Both the position numbers and the translations under genes were made by a program. Under the pieces are notes generated by a model. It saw only the letters and a program-made list of their open reading frames with translations. It was not told the origin of the DNA and ran no database searches. Shown piece by piece: positions 19,213 through 29,466 of a stretch of 64,000 nt of DNA; the first letter of the stretch is position 1; each line of letters begins with the position of its first letter. The stretch comes from Candidatus Heimdallarchaeota archaeon (GTDB lineage Archaea; Asgardarchaeota; Heimdallarchaeia; JABLTI01). The stretch is taken from positions 62,297 through 126,296 of the forward strand of contig DXJV01000059.1 of the NCBI GenBank assembly GCA_019056785.1, read 5' to 3'.

Positions 19213-20474
19213 TTGAAAACCTCCTTCGGGGGCTCTGTTATGCGCCCTTCGAGAACGGATGCAGCAACTGTTGCAGGGCTACCAAGGAAAATCCTCGTGT
19301 CCTCTTTGCATCCCATTCTCCCCTTAAAATTCCTGTTCGCTGAAGAAATGGCTGTCTCGCCCGGTGCTAGTGTTCCACCATAGGCTCCCAAACAAGGACC
19401 ACAAGCCGGCACAGCTAATTCCCCTCCAGCCTCAACAAGTGTTTGGATGATGCCCTCTTTCATTCCCTCGAGTAAAACTGCTTGAGAGGCAGGATAGACA
19501 AGCAATCGAACGCCGCGTTTGATTTTCTTGCCTTTTAGAATTCTTGCTGCAGCAGCAAGATCATCTAAGCGACCATTCGTGCAGGTTCCCAATAAGCCAA
19601 CATCAACCTCTGTGTCAGGCAATTCTGCAATTGGAGAAACATTGTCCACGTTATGTGGTTTTGCAACGACGGGAACCATCTCATCGAGATGGAATTCCTC
19701 ACTCTTGATATATGTTGCATCTTTATCAGGGAGAACCTTTTGGTAGAGATCCAAGGCTCGCCCTTTAAGATAGCGTTCAGTTACTTCATCCGCCTGAAAC
19801 ATTCCCGCCTTGCCATCCATTTCAGCAACCATATTGCACATAGTAAGACGTTCACTAATGCTGAAATCTTTAGTCGCTGCACCATGAAATTCGACTGCTT
19901 TATAACTTGCACCATCTGAACGCATCTGTCCGATAATGGTAAGAATAACATCTTTTGCAAAGACATTAGCTGGCATTTTACCTGAGAGGGAAATTTTTAT
20001 TGATTCTGGAATGCGAAGCCATGTCTGGCCAATTGCCCAAATGCTTGCTGCCTCCGTCCGCCCAATTGGAATCCCGGCTGCACCCAAAGCTCCATGCGTG
20101 GTAGTATGAGAATCGGAACCGAAAATTACCACACCGGGGATAACATGCCCCTCTTGAGCCAACACTTGATGACAGATACCTACACCACAATCATAGAAGT
20201 ACTTTATGCCTTGCTCGTTGACAAACTTCCTGATTTTTGTATGGTTGGCTGCTTTCTTCTCATCTGGGGGTGGAACAGCATGGTCCAGTGCAATGAAAAT
20301 TTTTTCCGGGTCCCAAACCTTCGTTGCACCCATCGATTTGAATTTTCCAATAATTGCTGCAGAGTTGTCATGGGTCAGTATCCGGTGCGGCTCCACAAAA
20401 ACTATCGAGCCTTCTTCCGGGTCTTTAATACCCGTGACTTTACTTATGATTTTTTGTATCAGCGTTTGTGCCAT
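19209..20474 (-). CDS. leuC: 3-isopropylmalate/homoaconitate-type hydratase, large subunit
   Basis: DHAVP, GICHQ, GSDSHTTTHGA, GTCTNGR, PACGPCLG, NRNFKGRMG; 4-bp overlap with the small subunit gene. Confidence 0.88.
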   Translation of the reverse strand: MAQTLIQKIISKVTGIKDPEEGSIVFVEPHRILTHDNSAAIIGKFKSMGATKVWDPEKIFIALDHAVPPPDEKKAANHTKIRKFVNEQGIKYFYDCGVGICHQVLAQEGHVIPGVVIFGSDSHTTTHGALGAAGIPIGRTEAASIWAIGQTWLRIPESIKISLSGKMPANVFAKDVILTIIGQMRSDGASYKAVEFHGAATKDFSISERLTMCNMVAEMDGKAGMFQADEVTERYLKGRALDLYQKVLPDKDATYIKSEEFHLDEMVPVVAKPHNVDNVSPIAELPDTEVDVGLLGTCTNGRLDDLAAAARILKGKKIKRGVRLLVYPASQAVLLEGMKEGIIQTLVEAGGELAVPACGPCLGAYGGTLAPGETAISSANRNFKGRMGCKEDTRIFLGSPATVAASVLEGRITEPPKEVFK

Positions 20475-20646
20475 TCTTTCTCACATCAACTTTTTGGTTC
20501 TTACCTACACTACTTTCAATGATTTTTTCTTTGATAAATTTATTTCTTACTTTTGCATCTTTTTTAGCCCGATTGTATAGTTTTAAATATGTTTAGTAAT
20601 GTATTATATATGTAATTATATGTAAACAAAGCCGTTTAGAAGAAAA

Positions 20647-20856
20647 ATGATCGCAAAAGCAGCTTATCCAAAAGAAGAAGTGAAGGCAATTACTGCAATG
20701 GAATCGCATCTAAAAAATGCTATAAATGATTTAATAGAGGAATCTGAAGATAAATCAAAATTAGTTACTCAACATGTAAGCATGATAATCACTCATTTAG
20801 CAAAAGCAGCAGCAGATTTACGTATCAAAAAACAAGAAGAATTGGAAAAGCTGTAA
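20647..20856 (+). CDS. Small helical hypothetical protein
   Basis: 69-aa ORF with an AT-rich upstream region, divergent from leuC; amphipathic helical pattern. Confidence 0.55.
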   Translation: MIAKAAYPKEEVKAITAMESHLKNAINDLIEESEDKSKLVTQHVSMIITHLAKAAADLRIKKQEELEKL

Positions 20857-20880
20857 AAGAAACTTTTTTCCTACTTACTC

Positions 20881-22365
20881 CTAACCGTGCTCACTTGTTG
20901 CAATATACGTTTTCTCTTCGATGAAGATTATTTGAGCATTGATTTCGTTTTTGTTAATAAGGTCATACAGAATTTGAACAGTCATATTATTGTCATCCTG
21001 AAAGAAGGAAGTCATAACATCGAGGGGGATTATAGAAATATTCGTAAGAAAATCATCTATCCGAGTTTTAATCATATTTTGGACGATTTTTTTAGAGAGA
21101 TCGGTACCAAGCTTCGGTTTGATAATGTCTGTTAAAGTCTTAATATTTCCTTCAACAAAGCTTGTAAGGATTGTATTAATGGTTGCAATGAAATGTTCAT
21201 CAAATGTTTTCTTGACTGCCGGCAGATTGATGAAAGGTTGCCATTTTTCAGGAGAGAAAAATCGAATTAAAGAATTGGCAATTATGACTGCATTGAAATC
21301 TTTAAGCGCATCAGCATAATCGTTGCCACTCTTTTTCACGAAGATTTGTTTTATATATTTACTAACGATGAGTGTTTGCATATCGTAGTTATTTACAAAG
21401 ATTTTGAGATTTAAATTGTGTATGCGTGAAAACGAAATGGTTTTGCAAAGCTTGTGGTTGATAATTAAATCGTTAAAGAATTTCTCCATCTTGGGGGTTA
21501 CCAGCTTAGAGTTTGCTTCAATTGCAACTCGAATCAGGCTGTTACAAAGAACCGATTCGATTTTTTTATCTGGTTCATTATATGCGGCCGTTAATAGCTC
21601 CGAAAAATACGGGATAACTATTTCATAGTCTTGCCGTACGATTTTTGTTAAAAGTTCAGCCATTTCCAGTCGAGTTGGTAGCTCAGGGCTTGCAAGATAT
21701 CTCACAATTCCTTTGAGGATTGTTTTCTGATTTGTTTTGGATTTTTTGATTTTTTTAACAAGTTGCTCTTTAAGCGTTTGCTTCTGAGTAGGATCTTCGA
21801 GAGTAAGCAATTCCTCCAATAAAATTTTCACCGTAGTTCTTTGTGTGGTCTTCTTACTTTCTTCTTTTGGTTCGGTTTGTATCACTTCTGGTTCTTTTTG
21901 TTTTGGCAAAGGAGTGGCTTTCGTTGCTTCCGGTGGTTGTTTTTCAATCGTCTTATCTGTTCCTTGCTCAGCCTGAGACTTCTGCTGGGTATCTTTTTCT
22001 CTTTCTTCAGAAGGTGGTATAGTTTTTTCTTTGGGGGTTTTAACTTCTTGAATTTCAAATGTTACAATTTCTTCGACTGGAATTGGCTTAATGTTGAAGG
22101 TCTTTTTTAAAAGAATAACCTCACCGATTTTACTAATAGCGCTTACCGGGATAGTCTCTTCTACGATAAAATCAGTGCCAATTTCTGTCTTCACTGAAAG
22201 GCGCATGTGCTTTTTCTTTTTCTCATCCTCAAAAACCTCTGCACAAGTGGCAATAATATCTCCCTTTGGATCGACAATTGGTTTTCCAACCAATTTTTCA
22301 CTCGAATTGTCGTCCTCTCGAAATGGTCGTATCTTGCTGATCATAATTTTCACTTGTTTGGACAA
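20881..22365 (-). CDS. PRC-barrel domain plus low-complexity linker plus helical-repeat protein
   Basis: KLVGKPIVDPKGDII...IPVSAISKIGEVILLK is a PRC-barrel pattern; followed by a K/E/P/T-rich linker, HEAT-like helices and a possible C-terminal winged-helix (PCI-like) end. Confidence 0.7.
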   Translation of the reverse strand: MSKQVKIMISKIRPFREDDNSSEKLVGKPIVDPKGDIIATCAEVFEDEKKKKHMRLSVKTEIGTDFIVEETIPVSAISKIGEVILLKKTFNIKPIPVEEIVTFEIQEVKTPKEKTIPPSEEREKDTQQKSQAEQGTDKTIEKQPPEATKATPLPKQKEPEVIQTEPKEESKKTTQRTTVKILLEELLTLEDPTQKQTLKEQLVKKIKKSKTNQKTILKGIVRYLASPELPTRLEMAELLTKIVRQDYEIVIPYFSELLTAAYNEPDKKIESVLCNSLIRVAIEANSKLVTPKMEKFFNDLIINHKLCKTISFSRIHNLNLKIFVNNYDMQTLIVSKYIKQIFVKKSGNDYADALKDFNAVIIANSLIRFFSPEKWQPFINLPAVKKTFDEHFIATINTILTSFVEGNIKTLTDIIKPKLGTDLSKKIVQNMIKTRIDDFLTNISIIPLDVMTSFFQDDNNMTVQILYDLINKNEINAQIIFIEEKTYIATSEHG

Positions 22366-22550
22366 GTTACCATTTGTTTTTTTCTATTTCAACCCCTCAA
22401 AATGAGAGTTTGTTCGACTGTCTTCACCTGTTTTTTCCATTTTAACAGAGTCTTTTAACATTTTTTAATGTATTTACTTGGGCTTTTTGACTAGATTTGC
22501 GGAGAATTTCTCTAATATTTATATATTGAGATAGAAAAGGTAATGGTAAG

Positions 22551-24053
22551 ATGCTCGAACTTTCACCTTATCTTATTGTGACCATTTTTAATTTGATTAA
22601 AAAGAAGCGCGGAATCACAGAAAAGGAGATCACAGAAGCACTTCGAAACCAGACGGGCCTCGAGTCAATGCGATTAACAGAGGCAATACAAAAGTCCATC
22701 ACTTTTCTTTTGGAATCAAAGTTAATTGCAAAGTTTCCCGGCGAACAGATACGTTATAAGAAAATTGACAAAGCTGAGCTATCTATCTCAGATTCAATAG
22801 CAAAAGGCTTTGCACGAAAAGCCAAGGAAATCGCTCAGCGTACTATTTCCAGTGTCCCAGGTCAGAAGATTCGTGAAGCCCTTCTGGGGAAAAATGTTGT
22901 AGATTGCATGATGCATGAGAATCCACTGATAATAAAATGTGCATCACCTTTAGGAAGAAATGAATATTTGTTTGAAATTCAAGAATTAACAAATGATGTT
23001 GAAATTTTGCAGCAAATAAAGAGACAAGATTCTTTTCCAAATTTTCAAATCATTTACAATGCTCCAATCATCGAACACCTTGACTTGACCTTCCAAATCC
23101 CAGAAGATGTCCTTATCTCAGCCTCTGATGCAAGTAGATATACTTTCCCAGTGAAAAGCCCCATAGCAACAAATGATTTGCGGAAGTCACGACAGCTGCT
23201 ATTTACTGTAGCATCTGCTTGCCGGTGGGTAGGAAAATTCACAAAAGATGGACCAAAAGGGGAATTTCACTCAGTTCCGGACCTGGTCGACGTTGATGAT
23301 AGTTTTGGCTATGCAGCCGTGGATGAAATAACTACCTTGAATCAACAAGATTTTGTGGCGGACCAAACCTTTGCAACATCTTATTTTCAAATGGAAAAGA
23401 TGCATAATGAGATCGACTTGATTGGGTTCGAAGAAACTCCAACTACCTTTCACATTCGCGATGGACCAATTGTTCCCCATAGCTATCGCGATATAAAATT
23501 TTATGAAGCATTAGCCCAAGCAAAAAAATTGGTTGATATTGCCCTTCACCGAAATATCACCTATTTTGGTTTTGTGAAATTTTCTGCAGATAAAGCTTTG
23601 ACTTCTTTTATAAATACAGCCATTTTTAATAACATCCTTAAAGGGAAGGTCCCTGATAATTTCTGGAGTGACTTTGGCCTTCTTAGTCAAGTGTTAGAGG
23701 ACCAAGATGTCACAGTGCCAATCATTAGACTTGATAGGGGTTACGATGATCAGAAACGAAAGTGCCTGGTGCCATATATGAGCTTTTATTTGAAAATTTT
23801 TGACTGGGTCTCAAGAATTGATATCCCATGGATGCTCTGCCGGACAGACCCGCTTGGTTACCGCAATCGTATAGCACAATTAGTTTATTCGCTTTCATCT
23901 ATCGAATATTCAAAACCGCATACGACGCAAATTGTCCCCTTTCCAATAGCAATGGTAGATGAAATGGCGCGGATTGTTGCCCAGAATTTTATAGATATAT
24001 CTATTAAGCAGTTTTATGAAGAGCTTGGCAATCTCATTGACAATGAACTTTGA
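22551..24053 (+). CDS. NurA-family nuclease with N-terminal winged-helix-like extension
   Basis: ISASDAS, HIRDGPI, YFGFVKFS, SRIDIP, PFPIAMVDEMAR follow the NurA motif order (DGS / DG / GxVK / RxE / YPxxLxxAHxxA). Confidence 0.72.
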   Translation: MLELSPYLIVTIFNLIKKKRGITEKEITEALRNQTGLESMRLTEAIQKSITFLLESKLIAKFPGEQIRYKKIDKAELSISDSIAKGFARKAKEIAQRTISSVPGQKIREALLGKNVVDCMMHENPLIIKCASPLGRNEYLFEIQELTNDVEILQQIKRQDSFPNFQIIYNAPIIEHLDLTFQIPEDVLISASDASRYTFPVKSPIATNDLRKSRQLLFTVASACRWVGKFTKDGPKGEFHSVPDLVDVDDSFGYAAVDEITTLNQQDFVADQTFATSYFQMEKMHNEIDLIGFEETPTTFHIRDGPIVPHSYRDIKFYEALAQAKKLVDIALHRNITYFGFVKFSADKALTSFINTAIFNNILKGKVPDNFWSDFGLLSQVLEDQDVTVPIIRLDRGYDDQKRKCLVPYMSFYLKIFDWVSRIDIPWMLCRTDPLGYRNRIAQLVYSLSSIEYSKPHTTQIVPFPIAMVDEMARIVAQNFIDISIKQFYEELGNLIDNEL

Positions 24054-24056
24054 GAT

Positions 24057-24431
24057 TCAGGTGAAAAGAATAATCCAAACAATGCCAAGTAGTAAAAACA
24101 ACACTCCGGGAATAATTGTTGCAACTAAAATAGTGAAGAGGCGTTTCATTTCATTTTCTCTAAATTCCTTCGCTTTCTTTGAAATGAACTGATAGTGGAT
24201 GTTCTCTTCTTTTTGAAGCTGACTGCTGTCGGGTGCTGCTGCTTGTTTAAGGATTTCTTGGGCTATCATTCGTTTTAAAAGTCCCTTATATTTATTTAAC
24301 TCGAGATTCAGGTCTGGTAAAGTAAAAGGCTCATTACCTTGTTCTTCAAGAGCAGTTAACAATACATCAATCTTGCGTTTCTTTTTCTCGCGAGGTTTTG
24401 AGTCGCCCTCTTTTTGTTTTTCAGTTGTCAT
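24057..24431 (-). CDS. Small protein with C-terminal transmembrane anchor
   Basis: Likely start MTTEKQ at 24431 (the ORF track starts further upstream); single C-terminal TM. Confidence 0.6.
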   Translation of the reverse strand: MTTEKQKEGDSKPREKKKRKIDVLLTALEEQGNEPFTLPDLNLELNKYKGLLKRMIAQEILKQAAAPDSSQLQKEENIHYQFISKKAKEFRENEMKRLFTILVATIIPGVLFLLLGIVWIILFT

Positions 24432-24612
24432 ACTTGTTCCTCGGTGTGAAGAAATAATTATTTCTTTATAAAATATTCGAGTACACTCTAAAACTAACTG
24501 AACAAAAATGTTTCTTGGAGAAAATAGGCGAAAGTTTTCAACACAAAACAAGTGAAAATTTTTACAGAAACTTTTTGAGAAAAAACGGCTTTCATTAAAA
24601 AGAGGGTCAAGA

Positions 24613-26250
24613 GTGTCTCATCAAGCAAACAATAAAAAAGTCACAAAAAAACAAAAAGCTGATTTGCAAGAGCACTTAACTGACCAAAGCAATTTGCCAA
24701 ATAAAGAAAAGAAAACGAAAAAAATCTCCGGGAAACGCTTTTGGTCCTGGCTTACGGCAACAAAAGAACGCATCTATTCTTTGCTTTTTCTAATTTTGTT
24801 TGTTCTATTAATGATTATTTTAGGTATTTTTAGCCGCGATCCAACAATAATTATGTTGAAAATTGTTTATTGGTTCAATGATCATACCGGTGCAATTGGG
24901 CTCTATCTAGGAGTAGCAGTAATCTCCATTTTTGGTAATTTCTTGGTATTTATCCCTTCTATGTACGCAATTGTTCTTATGTTTGTTGCAGCGACAGGAC
25001 TCGTTAATGTTTGGTTGTTAGGGATTGCTGCAGGACTGGGAGCAGCAGTTGGGCAAATTGGTTCTTGGTTCCTAGGGAGAGCAACACGAGAAATGATCGA
25101 TGAGCGCTCGTTAAAGCGTCTAAGAAAAGTGCAAAGGTGGATTGAGCGAGGGTTAGCACCATTCCTCATTTATTTCTTCGCGGCAACACCATTGCCGGAT
25201 GAAGTATTATTAATAACTATAGGATTGGTGAATTATTCGTTAGTAAAAACACTCTTCTATTGTTTCCTGGGAAAAATAACTCTCACAGTAGGAGTAAGTA
25301 TTCTGGCCAATCTCTTAAGCACAACTGCTTTTGGAAAATGGATGTTAGCAGCCCTTTTCAATCTGACCCCTGAAATGTTAGCAAATGCACAATTGCCACC
25401 AAATAGTAATGTTTGGACCTCTATTGTTGTCTGGCTTATCAGTGCCTTGCTAATTGTTTTGGGTGGTTTTATTGATTGGGTCGAGCTGCTTGATAAAAGA
25501 AAAAGTAAAATCGACAAAAGAGCTTTGAACTTGCTTCTGAAAATAGCTAAAAAGTGCCCAGAGGAAGATATAAGCTCCCCTTTCATAACAATTACTTATT
25601 ATAAGGAGGAACAAAAAGAGTTCTTCCCAGAAGATGCTTTTTGGTTCTTTGAAGAGAAATTGGCAAAGAAACGAGATGTCTATTTGCGTAAGAGTTTAAT
25701 GGATATCTCAGCGATCGTGAACTCGGATATTGAGATCACCCTTTCTAATGAGTGGTTAAAACGCGTGCGCGAAAATTACCATAAACAACTGCTCCAGCCG
25801 AAAGAACAAGAAATAACACTCATTAAATATCCGTTCGGAAGGCTGGCTTCCGGAGTGCTTTTGAGGAATTTGCGCTTGCTCTCTTTTAAAGTGCATTTGA
25901 GAAATATTTTACGAGAAAAAAGTATGGACTATCTTGCAATAGCACCACTCCCAAAAAGAGTTCGAAAACGGCTCTTACAACGAAAACTCACTTTTAACCT
26001 CTTATTTGAAACTAGAGAAACAGAGTCATCCAAAGTGATCGCTTTGGGTTTAACGGAGGGAATTTATTTGCGGAGTATGGAAGAAATAACTACTTTGGAG
26101 GCATTACAATATTGCTTGAATCTTGTTGAGGTTCTCGCTGTTGCTCCGGAAACTGTTACGAATTATATGATTTATAGGGTGAAATATTCGACAGCAATTG
26201 ACGATAAATTTATTCTCCCAAAAGAATTCGATGAGTCATACCCGATTTAG
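24613..26250 (+). CDS. DedA/VTT (SNARE-associated) family membrane protein with C-terminal soluble extension
   Basis: GIAAGLGAAVGQIGSWFLGR, FFAATPLPDEV...G, CFLGK motifs; about 250-aa soluble C-terminal part. Confidence 0.8.
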   Translation: MSHQANNKKVTKKQKADLQEHLTDQSNLPNKEKKTKKISGKRFWSWLTATKERIYSLLFLILFVLLMIILGIFSRDPTIIMLKIVYWFNDHTGAIGLYLGVAVISIFGNFLVFIPSMYAIVLMFVAATGLVNVWLLGIAAGLGAAVGQIGSWFLGRATREMIDERSLKRLRKVQRWIERGLAPFLIYFFAATPLPDEVLLITIGLVNYSLVKTLFYCFLGKITLTVGVSILANLLSTTAFGKWMLAALFNLTPEMLANAQLPPNSNVWTSIVVWLISALLIVLGGFIDWVELLDKRKSKIDKRALNLLLKIAKKCPEEDISSPFITITYYKEEQKEFFPEDAFWFFEEKLAKKRDVYLRKSLMDISAIVNSDIEITLSNEWLKRVRENYHKQLLQPKEQEITLIKYPFGRLASGVLLRNLRLLSFKVHLRNILREKSMDYLAIAPLPKRVRKRLLQRKLTFNLLFETRETESSKVIALGLTEGIYLRSMEEITTLEALQYCLNLVEVLAVAPETVTNYMIYRVKYSTAIDDKFILPKEFDESYPI

Positions 26251-26357
26251 TGAGAAAGAAACATAGTAAGAGGAAATAAGTAAAAAGGCAAAATTTTTTT
26301 TGAGTGATTGGTTCTCTTGCTGTTAAAATTAGAAAGACTTTTATTTAAAAAAGGGAA

Positions 26358-29000
26358 ATGGTGGATGTTATAACTGAAATTTCGCAGGAGATAGCTTATT
26401 TTGGTAAGAAGCAAAAAAAAGCAGTAGTTGGCTTATGCATCGCTTTATTTTCCACAGCAACATTGATAACCTTTCTTTCTATCCCGTTGGGCTTTTTTCC
26501 CCCACTTGGCGACTTCCTCTTCCCCGGAAGAGGGCTCTGGAATATAAACGAAGAAGTACCACCAACAGAAGTTATACACAACGATAAATTAACAAGCGAT
26601 GTGACTGTTTTTCGAGATGAATGGGGAATTCCACACATTTTCGGGGAGACAGAAAGAGACATTCTCTTCGCACTTGGGTACGTGCAAGCACAGGACCGAT
26701 TATTCCAAATGGACCTCGCTCGAAGAGCCACCCTGGGACAACTGGCAGAAATACTGGGAGAAGACTTGCTTGAAAGAGATGAATATACTCTTAACAAGTT
26801 GATGGACTATTGGACAGAGCAAACATACCAAGCAATGCTCCAAAGCAATAATCCCATTGATCAAGAAATTCTCACTCTTCTCGAGTCGTTTTCAGCTGGA
26901 ATTAATTACTATCTTGATACCACCAAAGTTTTGCCACTCGAGTTTCAATTCTTAAATTACCGCCCTTCAAATTGGCAACCAAAAGATACGTTGGCGTTTA
27001 TTAAGTATATGAGCGAAATGCTTACCTGGAGTTACTCTGATTTTACCAACATTTTAATTAAAAATGCCATTGGCTCTGCTGCCTTTCAAGAGCTTTTTGG
27101 TTACCCATTACCCTATCAAATACCTATTGTGCCTGATTTTGGGAGCGATTTCAATACCAGCTTGAAAAAATCTTTGAACACAGGTGATATAACTGCTAAT
27201 TTACAGAGCGTTTATAGCCACTTGAGTGCAGATGTCTTGAAAGTAATTGTGAAAAACCCCCACGAGCAACAATTCTTAGGAAAAGAAGAGGTTCAAGGCT
27301 CAAACAATTGGGTTGCATCCGGCAACAAAACTGCAACAGGAAAGCCAATACTTTGTAATGATATGCACCTTGGCTTTGACTTGCCGGGGATTTGGTACGA
27401 AGCCCACCTAATTAAAGAGGGTTCGGATTGGAATATTTATGGCTTCTTTTTAGCAGGCGTCCCATTCCCAATTGTTGGCCATAATAATTATGTCGCATGG
27501 GGATACACAAATACTGCCTTTGATGTTATAGATTGGTATTTTTACGATCGAATAAATGAAACTCATTATCTTTACAAGGGAAAGCCAACAAAATTCGGGG
27601 AAATTTCTTACCAAATTGCTGTCCGAGGGCAAAAAGCTGTTAGCTTTACAATTAAAACCACAGTTCACGGACCCGTATTCGAGGGGTTAGTAAGCGCAAG
27701 TGACTTCCCAGAATACGAAGATAAGATAATTGCTTGTCAATGGATGGGACAAAAAGTAACAAACGAAGCACGAGCAATCTACCTTTTCTCAAGGGCAAAA
27801 AACCGGCAAGACTTTAATCACGCATCTGAATTCTTTGCCACTCCGGCACAAAATATGATCTACGCAGACATTTATGGTAACATTGGTATTCGCCCAACAG
27901 GACAAGTACCAATCCGCAATGATACCGGCATTCCCGCTTGGCACTCCGGAAATGGCACCATGCTTTATAATGGTTCGGCCGGGCAAGGAGAATGGATAGG
28001 CTTCCTACCCTTCGAAGCGTTACCTCATTCTGAAAATCCCGCACAAGGATACCTCTGCTCTGCAAATCAGATTGTTGCTGGACCAGCATATACGAAAAAT
28101 TACACCTTACAAAACCCAACAACAATTTCCAATGGCTACCGTGCGAGAAGAATAAATGCTCTTTTAGCATCCGGCGAGAATTTGACCATAAAAGACATGC
28201 AAGGCTTCCTTCTGGATGTTTACTCAGTGAAAGCAGCCAATGTTGCTCCCTATTTAATAGCCGCACTTGAAGCTGTGCCCACAAAAACAGCACTGCAAAC
28301 AGCTGTGCTTGCTGAGCTTAACAAGTGGGATTATCAAATGTTGACAACTTCTTCAGCAGCAACGATATTCAATGTTTGGTTTGAAAGGTTTCGATATCAG
28401 ACGTTTCAAGATGATGTGATCAATCTCGGGGGGCCACGTTTCCCACCAAACACTATACTCGAGTGGTTGGTGAAAAATAATGCAAGCTCTCATTGGTTTG
28501 ACAAAAACACAACACCACAAGTGGAAACAAGAGATGATATCATCTTACTGGCACTAACAGATACACTCGAGGCATTGGTAGACTATTTCGGAACAGAGGA
28601 TATTAGTGCCTGGAAGTGGGGAAAACTCCACCAACTAAAAATTGACCATCTAACCGGCTTAAGCCCGTTGGGATTTGGTCCAATAGAAGTTAATGGCACA
28701 GGTGAAACTGTTAGCCCCTTCAGTGGCTACCGACTCTGGAAAGGAGATGGAATTCGTTTAGACTATAGTGACCATGGCTCGTCAGAACGGATGATCATTG
28801 ATCTGGGAAATATGAATAATTCGCTATCAATTATCCCTTCAGGTGAAAGGGGGCTGACAAATTCGAAGCACTACACTGACTTACTCGAGATGTATTTGAA
28901 AGGAGAATATCATGAGCAATTTTTCGGTTATACGACAGCAAACTCATTTGCTCAATTACCAATTGAATCGATAATCTACTTCAAAGCAGGAGGAAATTAA
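26358..29000 (+). CDS. Penicillin acylase family Ntn-hydrolase (peptidase S45)
   Basis: RDEWGIPHI, GYVQAQDRLFQMD, GSNNWV (catalytic Ser), NDMHL..PGIWYEAHL, TVHGP, PSGERG..S.HY.D. Confidence 0.95.
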   Translation: MVDVITEISQEIAYFGKKQKKAVVGLCIALFSTATLITFLSIPLGFFPPLGDFLFPGRGLWNINEEVPPTEVIHNDKLTSDVTVFRDEWGIPHIFGETERDILFALGYVQAQDRLFQMDLARRATLGQLAEILGEDLLERDEYTLNKLMDYWTEQTYQAMLQSNNPIDQEILTLLESFSAGINYYLDTTKVLPLEFQFLNYRPSNWQPKDTLAFIKYMSEMLTWSYSDFTNILIKNAIGSAAFQELFGYPLPYQIPIVPDFGSDFNTSLKKSLNTGDITANLQSVYSHLSADVLKVIVKNPHEQQFLGKEEVQGSNNWVASGNKTATGKPILCNDMHLGFDLPGIWYEAHLIKEGSDWNIYGFFLAGVPFPIVGHNNYVAWGYTNTAFDVIDWYFYDRINETHYLYKGKPTKFGEISYQIAVRGQKAVSFTIKTTVHGPVFEGLVSASDFPEYEDKIIACQWMGQKVTNEARAIYLFSRAKNRQDFNHASEFFATPAQNMIYADIYGNIGIRPTGQVPIRNDTGIPAWHSGNGTMLYNGSAGQGEWIGFLPFEALPHSENPAQGYLCSANQIVAGPAYTKNYTLQNPTTISNGYRARRINALLASGENLTIKDMQGFLLDVYSVKAANVAPYLIAALEAVPTKTALQTAVLAELNKWDYQMLTTSSAATIFNVWFERFRYQTFQDDVINLGGPRFPPNTILEWLVKNNASSHWFDKNTTPQVETRDDIILLALTDTLEALVDYFGTEDISAWKWGKLHQLKIDHLTGLSPLGFGPIEVNGTGETVSPFSGYRLWKGDGIRLDYSDHGSSERMIIDLGNMNNSLSIIPSGERGLTNSKHYTDLLEMYLKGEYHEQFFGYTTANSFAQLPIESIIYFKAGGN

Positions 29001-29003
29001 TAA

Positions 29004-29453
29004 ATGGCAGAAACAATGGAACTAAAATCTACAGTCAAAATAGATGAAGAGAAGTTAACAAGAATCATCCATTTCTTAGGAGCAATCCTCTGCTATCTTA
29101 TTGCAGTGGCGCTGACATTTAATCCATACTGGCAGTTAACAATTATTGCCGGCATTCTTGGGGGCGCTTTTTTCCTTCAATTACGCAAAGGTGCCCTTGT
29201 AGGAACAATTGCCGTTGGATTAGCCTGGGGAACGTTTCTTCTTATTAAATTGACTAAAACAAATGTAGGAACTCTTTTAACGCAAATGACGGGGATACTC
29301 CTAGGCAACGAGCAGCTAAGTTGGTTGATAATTTTAGTAATAATACTCGTTGGCGCATTATTAGGAGCTGTAAGTGGAGTAATCGGCTCGGGAATGCGAC
29401 TCTTGTTTCAGAACTTTCTTGAAAAGAGACAGAAATCACAACAACACGAGTAA
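29004..29453 (+). CDS. Small 4-TM membrane protein
   Basis: Four hydrophobic Gly-rich segments; starts 3 bp after the acylase stop, so probably co-transcribed. Confidence 0.75.
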   Translation: MAETMELKSTVKIDEEKLTRIIHFLGAILCYLIAVALTFNPYWQLTIIAGILGGAFFLQLRKGALVGTIAVGLAWGTFLLIKLTKTNVGTLLTQMTGILLGNEQLSWLIILVIILVGALLGAVSGVIGSGMRLLFQNFLEKRQKSQQHE

Positions 29454-29466
29454 AAGGTGACAAAAG

